A DNA stretch of 64,000 bases from the NCBI GenBank assembly GCA_050084985.1, contig JBITNC010000002.1, forward strand, positions 10,974,001 to 11,038,000, written 5' to 3'. The DNA comes from Nageia nagi. Lineage: Eukaryota > Plantae > Pinophyta. The position numbers were made by a program, and so were the translations under genes. Shown here in pieces: positions 1 to 20,975 of the stretch (positions within the stretch are counted from its first letter, which is position 1; every line of letters starts with the position of its first letter). The notes beneath the pieces were generated by a model. It was given only the letters and a program-made list of their open reading frames with translations, was not told the origin of the DNA and did no database searches.

Positions 1-580
1 TGATGTAGACGAAGCGTAGCCCGATAGTAGTGAGGATGAAATTGAAAAGGATCCAAATGAGAGAAAATCAACATAAATATAAATGAATGAAAAATCAAGA
101 AATATGATCCACAAAAGAAAAAGAAACAAAGCAAATCAAGGATAAGGAACTCTATACAAGGTACACAATAGGAGGAAGAAAATATTCCATTAAGACAACA
201 ATACTAATTTAGGAAGATAACAAATGTGGGTCAAAATCATATGGGAAGATCATCCCATCAAGAACTAAGGGATAAGAGGATAATAAAAGAAATTGCAAAT
301 GGATTTCAGCATATGTTTGATATGCATGGGCTCCTTTTGTTCCCTATCAATAAATCTTAAGCATTTAATAAAACTTTTATAGGGTTGTATTTGAGCTACA
401 ATTAAGCTGCGATTGGGATACTATATATTAGATGTTTTGGCTACCATCAAGTTATGGTTGGATATAAATAGTAAAATACTTTGATCCAATGGATACATAA
501 TGATATATATTTGTACCAAGTTTTGGGATCCTATTAAAACCTGTGCTTTTTATAATATAATTTACCCTTATTATCAAAAA
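1..580 (+). mobile_element. 3' end of a poly(A)-tailed retroposon (same tail type as the element at 28030-29585)
   Basis: Decayed Lys/Glu-rich coding-like sequence ending GGATCCTATTAAAACCTGTGCTTTTTATAATATAATTTACCCTTATTATCAAAAA. Confidence 0.4.
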
Positions 581-1959
581 CAAATCAATATAACATCTTA
601 TTAGGGAGACTGGATTCATGCCATGGGGGTATTTTCTTCAACCTTGCATGCATTCTTGAAGTTTCAACATTAAGAACAAGTTTACACAATCAACATAGAA
701 TATGATCCAAAGATCATGATTGGAAGGGTACAAATTACTTTCATCCCTAATTAAATTAAGAAAGTAATAAAAGAAAAGAATAAGAAACCAAATATCAAGG
801 AAACTAAAATGGGGATGTACAAATTCAAAGATGAAAAAATCAAAAACTCAATCAATGAACATGGGAAACCTTAGACAAAGGATCTCCTGAAGGAGATGAA
901 ATAGTTGTTTATCTCCACCCAAGATCACCTTGGATGGAATCTTCTACTAATATTAAGAACACATAAATCATTCATATAAGAGAACTCAAACATGTATAGT
1001 GGTTACTCCAACTATGGGAGTACATCCACTTGAACCATCTCAAATTCTATTATCTCAAGAACTTTAACTCTCTCTACAACTAGAAGCATATTCAAGCTTC
1101 CTACAAGATCAAGCTCTCCTCATACTACAAGCATGAGAGTGCTTTCTACAAGTGTGTTTTACAACAAGAGCAAGCCCTCTATTTATAGGTGAAAACCTTA
1201 TCTTAACTCACCTTTTTATCCATGGTTTACATGGTGTTAGAATGAAAAAGTGTCATGCTTAAGTGTAATTCAAAGTCTTTTGTTATTTAATCACTTTTAG
1301 GTATTAAGTAATAAAATAAGGAGTTACATAAAAGGAGCATTAATAATTATATATCATCTAGAGACTAACTTACACAATAATACATTATATGCTCTAACAT
1401 CTCTAGCATCAATGCTCTCAAAAGTGTCAACACATGCATGAAAAGATAATAAAAATAGATTCAAGAGGTACTCTATAATGAACATAATGCATCATCTAAT
1501 TCTAAGATTGAAAGGTCAAGCACAAAGGAAAAATCAATCATTAGACAAAAATCAAAGAAGAAGATAAGAACAAGCAATCCAAAGTTGATATGATCATTAA
1601 TACACCTTTCATTTCAAATTACTTAGGAATTCATAAGCATAAAGGAGGTTCTTGTAGAAAATATAAGAAATAAATTGAATCCATAGATAAAGTATTAAAA
1701 GACCACCCACAATGGGATCTAAAGGAAAAAAAGTGGGGTAGGACATGGTAAAAGGAATGAGACAAATTTTGATTCTAGTTCAAAGAGCTTAGGGTTAGAG
1801 AGTGGAAGTTGAGATTCATAGGATAAAATAGTAGCAATGGTAGAAATCTCAAAAATTCTTAAATTCCTAAGACTTTAAAAAAAGGATCTAAAATAAGGCA
1901 TAAAAGCATCAATATTGTCAACAATATTAGCACTAGGAAATCAAAGAATGATTCAACTA

Positions 1960-4868
1960 GTATATAAAAATTCTCATTAGGTTCCCTTCCCTTGGATATG
2001 TTTGAAATAAATGATGCAATTTTAGATACTTTGGGAGAAATAATTGATTTAATATTATCTTATGCACTCTCATATTATAATCAAATAAGGATTAACCCAG
2101 CTAACATGCACAAGATAACCTTCTACAATTCTTGTTGTTAATTTTATTAACAATAAAAAGAGAAACTAATCAAAGTGCAATGGTATTAATGTTACATGGT
2201 CTAATTCATAAGATAATGTAATTTTATGTAGATAATGTCTTAGTGAAATCAAAGAAAAAGGAAGATCATATTAAAGATCTTACAGTTGTCTTTGAGAGGG
2301 TAAATAAGTTCAAGCTAAAATGAAGCCTTAAAAGTGTGTTTTTAGAGTGTCAAGTGGAAAGCTTTTGGGTTTTATTATATCCAAATGAGGGATTGAGATA
2401 GATAAAAATAAATTTAAGGTAATATTAGAAATGTATTCTCCAAGGAATATTAAGAACCTTAGAATTTTTCATGGCAAAGTGCAAGTTGTAAGAAGGTTTA
2501 TAGCTCAATTGGTTAGTAATAATGCTCCTTACAACTATCTTTTTTAAGAAGGATACAAAGTTAATTTGGGATATTAAGTATTAAGTTCCATTCAAAGATA
2601 TAAAAATTTACTTAATCCTCCTATTTTAGCTCCTATTGATCCTTCAAAACCTTTATATTTATACATATCAGTGACCCAAAATGCCTTGGGGGCAATGCTT
2701 GCACAAAATACTAATGATAACAAAGAAAGATCAATTTATTACATCTCTAAAACATTTCTTCAACATGAGATAATATGTAGTCCAATAGAAACTTTATGAT
2801 ATGCTATAGCATATGTAATAGAAAACATAAGGCATTATATGATCACAAATATAACATTTATGGTTGCTCAAGCTAATGCATTGAAGTATCTTCTATCAAA
2901 TCCACATCTCCAAGGAAAAACAACCAAATGGATAATGCTTCTAGAGGTGTTTGATCTCATTTATATGCATAAAAATACCATTAAAGCATAATCCATAACA
3001 AATTTCCTATCACAAGTCCTTACACAGAACCAACTCTATGCAATGAAGAATTCAGGATGAAATTACAGCCTATGCATAAGAAGAAGATGAAAATAATGAA
3101 TGGATCCTATACTTTGATGGATAAAAGTATATAAAAGAAGTTGGAGTAGGAACCATTCTCATTAACCCACAAGATCAAATTATCCCCATGGTATATAAGC
3201 TTACATATAATTATACAAACAACATGGTTGAATATAATGCTCTCGATTTAGGACTAAATGCTTATATGATGGTCAAGGTAAACAACATAAAGGTTTATGG
3301 GGATTCTTAGCTTGTTATTTAATCAAATTAATGAACTCTATAATACAAAAGATGAAAATTTGGTTCCATATAAGGAGCTAATTGACAAAAATTTTGGAGT
3401 TCATTTCAACAAGGTGCAACTTGAAAGTATCATAAGAAATAAAAATAGATTTTTTTATGCTATGGTTAGTGAAACATATTTAACACCAATTTAAGTTTAG
3501 GGTGAGGAAATAATTAGAAGGATCAAGAGCAACCCTTCTCACACTCTTGTTGAACATGATATGAAGGAAATCTTAAAAATGCTTACATTGGTAGCTTGCT
3601 TTGTTCTACCACATAAAGCATGGTATGAAGATATCTACAAGTATCTCAAGGATGGAACAATGCCTAAAAGTTGAAAGAAAGAAAAATTAAAGAATAAGAC
3701 TAAAAAATATAATTACAAGGTATGTAATCATTTTTTATTTTATTTATAAAATTACTTTTGAAGGTATATTGTTGAGATGTTTACTTCTTGAAGAAGTTGA
3801 GAAAGTAATAGAACAAGTCCATGATAGCCAAAGTGGACAACATTTTAATGGTAGGGCTATCTATCATAAACTTCTAATATTAGGATATTATTTACCATCC
3901 ATGGTGCATAATTGTATAGTTTATGTAAGAAAGTGTAAAAGCTATCAAAAACATATCAATTTGAAATTAACACCTTCTCATAAGCTTCATGCAATGGTTT
4001 CTCCTTGGCCTTTTTCCATTTGGGATGTGGATCTCATAACTGTGATTAATCCTAAGTAAAGGGAAGGATATAAATTTATCATAAAATCTATAGAATATTT
4101 TACAAAGTGGGTTGAAGTTATCCCACTAAGATCATCCAAAGGACCTCAAATAATGAAATTTATAATTGAGAACAACGTGAGAATATTTGGTATTCCATCA
4201 AATATCATTATGGATAATGGAACAAATTTTAGGGGTAAGGAGGTAAAGAATTTTTACAAGGAGTTTCATATCCAACAGAATTTTGCCTCAACATACTATC
4301 CTCAAAGCAATGGACATGATGAAGCAACAACTAATACCATTGTTAATATCTTATGTAAAATAGTTTAAAGGCATGGAAGAGATTAGCATGAGCAATTAGT
4401 ATATGATTTATGGGCATATAGAACTAGTATCAGATCTACTACATGACATACTCCATACTATTTAACGTATGGAGATAAAGTTTTCTTACCTTTAGAAGCT
4501 AAGATGCCATATTTAAGAGTCTTATTAGAGGGAACATCAATTGAATAATAAACTAGGCAAGCAAAGTTAAGATAACTAAAGAGACTAAATGAAAAAAGAG
4601 TAAATGCTCTTGAACATCTCAAGGTTTATCAAAATAAGATAAAAGAAAGGAATACAATAAGAATATCATGCAAAAGGAATTCAAGGTTGGTGATTTAGTG
4701 CTCAAGGAAAATCATCACAATGCCAAGCTAGAAAAAGAAAACAAAAAAAGGTTTGATCCAAATTGAATTGGATCATACATCATCAAGGAGAAATATAACA
4801 ATTGGGCATACAAATTGTAGACCCTTGAAGGAAAGAAGAAAATTTTTACAATAAACGTAATGCATTAT
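1960..4868 (+). mobile_element. Decayed Ty3/gypsy Tat/Ogre-type pol (RT-RH-aRH-INT)
   Basis: YNQIRINP/FYVDNVLVKS (RT, ~2070-2250), KPLYLYISVTQNALGAML (RH, ~2645), WILYFDG (additional archaeal-type RNase H, ~3100), integrase H..H/C..Y, PWPFSIWDVDLI, IMDNGTNF, YYPQSNGHDE. Many stops and frameshifts. Confidence 0.88.
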
Positions 4869-5339
4869 GTAGTCTTAGTAAGATAACTTATATTGACTAA
4901 TAAGGAAACAAGGCTTGAGTATTTTATTTCAGATCTTCTTAATTGCCAAGTTATCCTTCATATCTCCAACAAGAAAGGAATACAAAATAATAATAATAAA
5001 AATTTGGAAAGTTTACAATAATTTGATGTATGAAGAAGATGTGTATGATTCAAATCAATTATTTTAAGATGCTTAACCCTTATCGATTTGACCACCACTT
5101 GGTTCTGTCAAATTTACTAAAAAGTGCAATGATGTAATTATTACTACCTACAATAAAAATGATATAATTGCAATTCCTAATGGCATTCAAATAGAGTAAT
5201 TGCATTCAAGTTTGACCACATCATTACATAATCGTATATGTCATCATGATTGGGTTATCCAATAAATTCATCCTCCAATTTACACCAATGATTCCTCCTA
5301 ACAAGATGAACCAATAACTTTTCAAAATAACAAAGGAAA

Positions 5340-6450
5340 ATTAAAAATGGATAATACAACTACAATAGTCAAATATTTGGTAAATGAGTCCTTAGAAAAA
5401 TAGGAAAATTGGAGTATTAAAGAACATGATATTAAAGTTTAATTACTTATGGAAATGCAAGAAAATGAAGCATTTCAAAAATCATCTTATGGGGACCAAT
5501 AACAATTGATATATCAATTGCTTGATTACCTAGAGGAGAAAATAATCAATAGAATAGATCCCTTCCTGATATTAAAGGAGAAAGTGTTGAAGATTCAACA
5601 AGTGACACAAAATGCACCTTAAACAAGGTAAAAAGTGCAGCAAATGGCACAAAAAGAAGGGAAACAAGAAAAAGGAAAAGAAGATCATTCTCAAAAGAAA
5701 AAAATAGTTAAATCAATCCCCTCAATAATCAAATAAATATCAAAAAGTTAATCAAAAAATTATCAAAGATAGAAGAAGCACTTAAGGAAATGAAAAAAAA
5801 TGTCCACCTCCAAGCAATGATAATTTCCCAACTTTTAATACATTGTTATGCGTAAGAATTGATAATAGAATTTGGACAAGGGAAAGGAGTATTAAATTCA
5901 TCAAATATGATGGCTCTCAAGATCCAAATATGCATATGCAAAAATATAAAGAGGATACTAAGGAATATATGAATAATCTAGATATGTTGATCAAGTTGTT
6001 CCCTCAAGCTTTAAACAATGCACTTCAATGGTATTAACTCTTTCTTCAAGTAGGATTGATAGTTATAAGTATTTTATTTGTCAATTTGTAGAGAAATACA
6101 AGCATAACATTAAGGTTAAATTAACATTTGAGGGCTTTTATAATTTAAAACAAAAATAAGGACAAGCATTTAGTGATTCTGTTAAAGAATGGAAAATGAT
6201 GGCAAATAAGATTATTACTAATGAAGATGAACTTAAAGGTGCATTTATAAGTTCTATTTTTCCACAATATAAGTTATAAGCTATCACTTATGAGGATGAG
6301 CCTTTGAATAAGATTATTGATAAATTGTTAAAGAAGGCAAAGTATCTTATCCTAATAAACTTACTTCAAAATCTAAATCACGAAAAGAAAGTGCAAAAAA
6401 ATTTAAAAAATGAGCAAGTGGTAGCAAAAGTTGATCAAGGAAAAAAATGA
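5340..6450 (+). mobile_element. Decayed retrotransposon gag
   Basis: KFIKYDGSQDPNMHMQKY...MLIKLFPQALNNALQWY matches the Retrotrans_gag capsid signature; boundaries approximate. Confidence 0.7.
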
Positions 6451-8476
6451 GAAAGATAGATTTCAAAAAAGGTCAAAAAGAAAATATAAAAAATTTCCAG
6501 AGTATATCTTGGATACCTTGGTTGCAAAGAATATCATAAAACTTCCTCTTGCCAAGAAACATTATTTCCCAAATGGAGTTTTCGATAGTTATAGATTTCA
6601 GGAGTTCTAAAATTATCGTCAAGGAAAATTTTAGCCAGAAATCTTTGCTTATAAGCAAATTTTTTATTTGATGAATTCTAGGAGTACGAGTTAGTGCACA
6701 ATCACCAAAATTTAAAAGATATTTTAAATTATAATGGTCGGCTCACCAAAAAATTATAATCATTTAATTTTTATATGCATTCACTGACCTTGTGAATTAT
6801 ATTATAGAAATAATCACCAAAATTTTATACCAATAATTGCATTTATACATTGCAATTATCTAGTTGCATGGTACCACCATCTGGTTGCATTGGTGCTTAT
6901 ACTCTTTTAGGGATAAACAAAAGGTATTTATTCCCTTTTTAGTGTAAATAGAAGGTGTTTATCCCCTTTCAAGAGTAAATAGAAGGCGTTTAACCTAGAT
7001 CCCTATATCTAACCATTATGTAATCGGATGGTTCAATATGCAACTGTCTAGTTGCATTTTATGACAATTATTGTGGAAAAATATAGAGATATGTTATTTT
7101 CATGAGAAAAAAAATTGCAAAAAATAAATCACCAAAAAATCTACTTTTTTGGGAGGGAATATAATTTGCTTTGATTTTTATGACCACAAGATGAAAATCA
7201 CCAACCTAGCGAATCGGATTCACCTTTGTTTATATAAAAAAAAAAATTAGGATAGGGGGTCTTAAAATGAACTCTGGTTATCATAAAAATACAAATCATA
7301 CAATCAAGAATTGTAGTAAATTAAGATATATAATATAATATTTGATTGAGAAAAATGCAATTAGGTTTGAAGATGATAAACCACAAAAGAGCACAATGTA
7401 GCTAAAGAGCCAATTATTTCCATTAGCATTTGAATTCGTCTTCAGCACCTTAGTTTCACTGTTTAGATCAATAAATCAATTCAGAAAAGTATCAAAAGAA
7501 TTAAAAATGGAAACAATGTTGATCCCAAATTAAAATCAAGATATCTCTCTCAAAAGGATACTTGAAAATGCATTGAAGTAGCACTGGGAGCTCTCCTAGC
7601 TCATCATGGATCATCTATTAGGCTTGCATTCTCTTAGGTAAATAGGTTAATTGGCTCCTAGATTGTGTTCTTAGTTTGCATTGCAAAACATTTTGGTTTA
7701 CATTTTTGCATCATTAAATCATATGAGCATTCTCAATTTTGCATCTTGTCATTTAAGCATCTCATTTAGTTCAAATCATTTTAGAAATTGCCTTATTGTT
7801 TGCAAGTATAAACCTTATCATGCATTCTTACATTTTTTTCATGTATGCATTCATGTTCTTTTTACAATTTTATATTCATTTTTTTTATAAAAATGTTGAT
7901 AAGTAATTCATTATAAGACATACTAATTGTATAAATAGCTAGTAGTGTCTCTTATATTAGACATAGGCCACACCCTCTATACCCCTTGCTACTAGTCTCC
8001 CCTGAAATAGGGTCATCACTCTCCATAGCTTAGGTCCCCATACATGTACTCATGCTCAAATGTGAGGTATCACTCTCCACATTTGTAGTTAATCTTGAGG
8101 CTCTTAGTCTATCCTTATACCTTTGCACTTTCCTCTCATTTCACTTGCTCATCTAAGCATACAAAGTGAAGAGTTGGTATAGTGTTATTGTTTCACCTAG
8201 AGGTAGAGGCATGTCTAGTCTCTATCTTATGTAACTTATGTTATCTTCCCCTTGATTCATGCCACATTGAACCTTAACCTCTTTGGCTCAATCAATCATG
8301 CATGTAACTATGTAACTTCATCTTCAAAGGTTCAAAGTTTAACTAGCTCTACCACTCTAATTCTAAGGTCCTCTCCACTTATGAAACCATAAAATTGTAT
8401 AACTATCACATTAAAATAAAATTAACATAGTAAACTAGTCTAACAAAGTAACATTCTAACAACTAACTGTAATACA

Positions 8477-9800
8477 TCATGAGTTCAAATACATACAAGG
8501 TTGATCAGGTGAGAGAGGCAAGGCCTCGGGGACGTCCACATCCTCAACAAGACTAGAGGCATACAACTCCTTCATGTCCACCTTCTCTTCCAACTCCAAC
8601 TCCTCCATCTCAAACTCTTGGTAGTTTGAGTCCTCCTCCTTTATATCAAGGAGGCCAATGGGTCTAGGTCGCAAACAATGCCACCATTAGATATACTAAT
8701 CAATGATATCCATCACATTGATATCATTGTTGATATCGAATAATGAGTGTGACTCTGGATCCTCCTAGGTGCATCGCCATGGTGGCATGAAACATACACC
8801 CTCAAGAATGTGTCTCTCCCTTATATAATAAACAAGGTAGTGTATAGTTAAGGGCACATCTTGTCCAATATTGAACTACCATAAAATTGATTTGGACAGT
8901 AAGGCTCAACAAATCCCCTACATAACTATAGTGAGCATGGGTGTCATACCCATGCTAACTCATATGCATATTGTTATCACATCCAAACATGTCTCTATGA
9001 TCACCTAGCGATGTCAACATCCTCAATGTCATTTTTCTACTACCTCTTCACCTTGATGTCATGTGTTGGGTAGGTTCCTCACTCCTCACTGATCCAATAG
9101 TACCACATTAGTTTTTCAAGGCCACATGAGTGTTGTAGTTCTATTATTTGATGGATGCATATGTGTTGATACACCCACACCTAAAGTAGTGTTGTATGGG
9201 AAATGGTATGATCCTTGTGTTCCACCATTATGAACTCATGGAGATTGAGATAGAATCAGGCTAGTATAGTTTATGCCCATGCATATACTAACTCATATTG
9301 GATCATGTCTCATATGATATGCATCATGTCATAAGGAAATGCATTTTGACACTTGTCTAGATGAAAGAGTTCATCGATGAGAGATACCATCATCTAACTA
9401 GGGAAAGCATGGCCTTACAAGTAGCATGTACAAAGCACTCTCTCTTATAGAGGTGATAGTCATTAGATCTTGTAAACCATTCAACAAGGGCCTCTCCCTC
9501 CTTTAACAAACTAATATGTGTAAACTAAACTTAATCATGATAGGCATGTGCCATATATGATGGATATCCTCCAACATCTCAATCATCTACTCGTTCAACA
9601 AATGGAAGGAATTGCAATCTAGATCTTAGCACTCACATAAAGCAAATTGTAGAGGAATATCAACATGAACATGTCTCATCTGAAACATATAAATCAAAGA
9701 TGTCATAGTCAAGGTGGTTTCATCATTAAGTGATAATGGTCATTGTCACATCAATTTTTTGGCAACACTACTAGATGGATCAGGTCACACAACTTCAACG
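8477..9800 (-). pseudogene. Decayed plant mobile domain (PMD, aminotransferase-like) ORF, antisense to the upstream pol
   Basis: Minus translation PLQFALCEC*DLDCNSFHLLNE*MIEMLEDIHHIWHMPI (~9540-9665) and VYAWA*TILA*FY (~9250-9288) match the PMD consensus ALVERW..ETHTFHL..GEMTITLEDV..ILGLPI and YSWGSAVLAWLY; acidic C-terminus at 8477-8674. Confidence 0.75.
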
Positions 9801-12229
9801 ATGCTGAATTCAAAAATAAATAAATAAACTAGTAGGTACTTTCTCAAATTTATGTTTATTCTCTTCTCTATTTTCACTAATTTTCTAGTTTTATGTAGGT
9901 ATGAATATAAAGTATGTAAGTACATCTAATAAAAATTAAGATATAATTTTGATTTAAATAACTAAAACGATGAAAACAAAACCAACAATTTTGAATATTG
10001 TCCATAAAATCGATAACAGTTTTGTAAACTATCTATAAAATCGACGATAATCTTGTAAACTATTTAAAATATGTTTATCACGTTTAATAGATCATATTTT
10101 TAATCCACATTAAAAATAAATAATAAAATTCTAAAAAAAATCTGCATTAAACTATACAACTAGTTCAATTTCATTTTTCAATTATTATTTGCATGAAATT
10201 GGTCTATAGAAACAACATAATCGATGATCAACAAAATTGACAAAAAGAATTTTTATGAAATAATTCTTCCTCCTTATCAATGGATGCTCCATGGCACACA
10301 ATCAACATGCGGAAGAGGATGATCGATGAAAACATAATCAGACCAAGAATCCAATGGTGTAAACTCACCAAATTAGCTAAATAACCAGGTAGGTTGACTC
10401 ACAATTCATAATCACCAAAGACAAGGCAACCCAACTAAGACCTTTCATAACTTATTTTTTTATTATATTTTTCCCTTTTTCGCTTTGAAATTTTTTATGG
10501 TTTCATATGCATGAAAATGTGAAAGTAATATGTTTTTTTTATTCAATTCACTAGTAAATGAAGTTATGACATAAATCTTTTATTATCTTTGTCTTGATTC
10601 TTTCAAGTTCTACCAAAAATGCATGCATAGCTTGAATGAGTAGTTCTTTTATGTTGAATTTCATTTATATGATACTCTTAAATTTTCACTTTTCAATGGT
10701 GTAGTTTTAAATCTCCTTGGAACTTGGTATGTCAATTGTTTGTTCAAAATCATGTTAGATCTTTCACATGCATTTGAATATTGTCTTTTCATAATTTATT
10801 CAATGCTATTTATCATTTCTAATAGTTATTATTAAGCAAGTGTTTTTCATTGTAATTTTTATTAAGGAAAATCAAAATTGGCATCATCCTTGCTTTTTGC
10901 AACAAAAACATTATCATTGTAAATACTACAAAACTGCAAGCTTCTTAGAAAGCAGAAATAAGTAATAACAGGTATTATGTACCCTCTTACATTATTTTTC
11001 TCTCATAATTCAAGCACGAAAAGTCAAATTCTCAATATCGCAAGATTATTCTAACAAAAATGCAATCAAGCTTCTTACAAGTCTCGATCAATAAGACACT
11101 AGCAACATATTTAACTTGAATTTTCTTATTGATGACAATTCTATCATATAAATCCAATCAATAAGACATCAACAATCCCTAAGTAGTTGTTCTTATTAAT
11201 GAAAATAATGTTGTTCCTTTTTGGATCTTTTAGGGCATTAAAGGACCCACTATCATGGCAACCTCATGATAATCAGTAAACTCTCTTTTGGATCTTTTTA
11301 AGCATTGTAAAAGACTCATCATCATGGAATCCCATGATAACAATATTTCTATTCAGATAAAATCATGACCCTTTTTGGAAAGATGAATATACTTCTAGAC
11401 TTTCCCTTTTTGTTATTTTTGAGAAATTAAAAGTTCTACTTTGGGTACAAGATCTCTATGATCCTTTATGGCTAGATAACTTCATTTATCAGATTATGAT
11501 TTAAAATGCTATATTTTATTATGATGATTTAATCTTTGCTTTACTATAGATATATCATAAAAGATGTCATCCACACTTGTAGTTATTTCTTTCATGCTTT
11601 TTTAGGAATATCTTTGTCAATATTAGAGAGTAAAGTTTTGTGTTGTCAATCCTTCAAAATAGAAGATGAAAGTTTTTGTCTTGGTTCTCATCCTTCCTCT
11701 TGGATACATGAGTTAGCCAAATCAAAAAGGAAGAATGGAAGAAGCTTCAAAACAATAGCATTTATACTACAACCATCCATCATTCAAGGAAGTACACTTA
11801 AATTTCATATATACATTTTTCTTTACATCTTTATGCTTCTTTGGATTATGTAAATTTGGGTTCCCACCATTCTATATCCAAATAAGGGCAAATTGTAAAT
11901 AGCTAAAAATGGTCACATCTAATAAATATATTATTAAAAATCATATTCATGGTGTCTAGTTGGTATATTATTTAAATATGCATCAAGGATAATTATGTTA
12001 ATTACTTGCTAATCATATGTTAATCAAGACTAATATCTCTTAGTCATGATTATATCTAGATTTGTCTCGATATCATCATTATTCTTAGAATGCCAACTAA
12101 TATTTTTCATTTTATTTCACAAGGTATAAAAGGAGCAAGGCATGGCATTCTCTATCAGATATAATCATGATAAGTTGACATTGAGACAACACGTCATATC
12201 TCTTATGGTGCTTCTTAGCACCACCTATC

Positions 12230-12370
12230 ATACTTGGATTTGTTATGTTCTATAAGCTTTTTCACAATTTTCATTTAGTTCTACAGCATTATATCATACT
12301 TGAATTTATTATGTTCTAAAAGCTTTTTCACAATTTTCATTTAATTCTACAACATTATCAAACTTGTATT
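12230..12370. repeat. ~66 bp tandem duplication, re-duplicated at ~12690-12717 and 13020-13130
   Basis: CATACTTG..TTT.TTATGTTCTA.AAGCTTTTTCACAATTTTCATTTA.TTCTACA occurs twice in tandem. Confidence 0.7.
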
Positions 12371-14337
12371 TTGTTACAACTATGTTGTCATTCCTATTGC
12401 GAAGTAAGTCAAATTTACAATTTGAGTAATGAAAAACCTAGATCTAAGGCATTACACATCTAAATCTTGTTCATCACAAATTTGATCCAATCATGTTACA
12501 ATTTTGATTACATCACTTATAGATTGCTATCAATAAGGTGCACTCGTCTCATTATTGTTGGTATCTATTGTTGCACATTAATATCAATTGTTCTTTGGTA
12601 ACTTATAAACCAATTGGATTTTGTAATTATATTTATTTATAAATCATTTTCTTAAATATAAAATTGATCTGTAATGCTACAATATAACATAAACTTTTTC
12701 ACAATCTTCATTTAATTACGCCGAGAGGCATAACTACAATGGCAACCAAGAGGGTGGGGGTGACGAGCTAAAATGTTGCATCATCTATTCGATCATAAAC
12801 ATTTGATCGATTATTTTGATTTTATTAAAATTTTAATGTAAAACTGACTTTATTAATTTTAATAAATATTTTTATATATAAATGAAATATTTTATAAATT
12901 CAAAATCACAAAATAAAATTAATTAAAATTCAGCTACGTAACCACTTGCTATATCCAAGATAAACGTTTTAAGAAGGATCTCTCGACTTTTCTTGATATA
13001 TAAGAGGTTATATCAAAGCTAGTTCTACAACATTATCAAACTTGTATTTTTACAAGAATGTTATCATTATTAATACGAAATGAAATGTACAATTTAATTA
13101 ATGACAAACTTAGATCCAAGACATTGCATATTTTTACTATAATGTTTTAAGCATTATCCATCCACCAATGCAATGATAGCTTATGCCTTTTGTGATCAAA
13201 GATATTTCATTGATTAAAAAAGGAAAGAATCCAATTTTGCTCCTATCATCATGCGATCCAGCATAATCATTAACACCATATTTATGCAAATTGATCTCCT
13301 ATGAAATATTGTAGAGAACTTCAAGCTCAAATGCTCCTTCATATATCTCAATACTATTTTGACCATTGTAAATGAATCTCACTATATTCTTGCATGAATG
13401 TCGCAAAACTATGTATTTAACCTTTGTTACTATTAAAAGTACTTTTTAAACATTCCATTATGCATATATGTTTCTTTCCAACAGACTTTTCCTTGTCATC
13501 ATTCTTGCAAAGATACTCACCTAATGCACAAATGGTATGGCAATAAATTTGCAATCTTTTATACCAAATTTATTAAACGTTGCTTGAGAATAACTTTTGA
13601 CAAAATTGTGTTGTCATTACTTTGACAATACTCGCTTTCCAAGGGAATAACGCATAAATCCAATTCTCGCTTACGGAGATTTGTTTAATTTGAGTTCTCA
13701 CGGTCCTCTTTCCAATATTTGTGTCATATCATTTGAAACATACACTTTCCTTTGATGTTGTTACTCGTTGATTTGTGCTTGTGCCTTGTTGATTTGATGA
13801 AGAACATTCTTTATTCAATTTATTGCTCACAAGTTATTTTATTTGCCCTTCTGAATTTTCATACATTCATCTTTCATCAAATATTTACGTGATAAAATAA
13901 TTATCTCAGTAGATTTACTAGAACGCTTTATTTGTGCTGCATACGAAATAATACCCACTGGAATGCATCTCTCTTGAAATTAAAATGTTAAAACAGACAC
14001 CAAAGCAATGAATATATTAAACGCCCAAGGCTCACATTCTAATGCATACATCTAACTAGATTCTTATCCAAACAATGCTAATTAAACTTTCTGCAGAAAA
14101 TAAAAAAGTGTTTGTCACAGTAGATCGCATAAAAAGTTTTTACTTAGTACTTCATAGCAAATATATTACTGCCTCGATAGAAGAAAACTTTTTCCACATC
14201 ACAAATACACACTGCCAGAAAATGATGAGCAGTATGTTAAGTCTTCAGGCTATCGTACAGAGTAAATAAACTTCCGTTCTCATTAGAAACCTCCAGAGAA
14301 AATCCAAAACCCAAGTATGGCTTATTGTAAACCAATC

Positions 14338-20654
<6,317 letters not shown>

Positions 20655-20975
20655 TCAATCCACGGCTCGTATTTCAAGCTTTATATGTTAATTTATTTTG
20701 TTGGGTTGAGAGGTCTTTGGTTCGAATCTGGGGACGACGTTGATGTCTCCATGTGTTCTTGAAATCAAGTCTTAGGGGTTTATATTTTTTTTTAATTTAT
20801 GATAATATTTTGTTTTGATTTTTAATGAATATTAAATAAATCATTTTTGTAGTGGTATCGCACATTCCACTTTGTTTAATTAAAAGTAAAAGGTTTTTGT
20901 ATAGGTTGATGGTTTGTTTTTTTTTTTTTTTGGAATAAAGTGGTTTAAAGTGGAGTTGTTTTCAATTGATTTTTT

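Noticed and set aside
840-1500. Possible reverse-oriented solo LTR (CTATTTATAGG at ~1179)
   Set aside because: Termini and TSD could not be identified
6470-7300. Possible non-autonomous DNA transposon with short internal repeats
   Set aside because: No convincing TIR or TSD pair found
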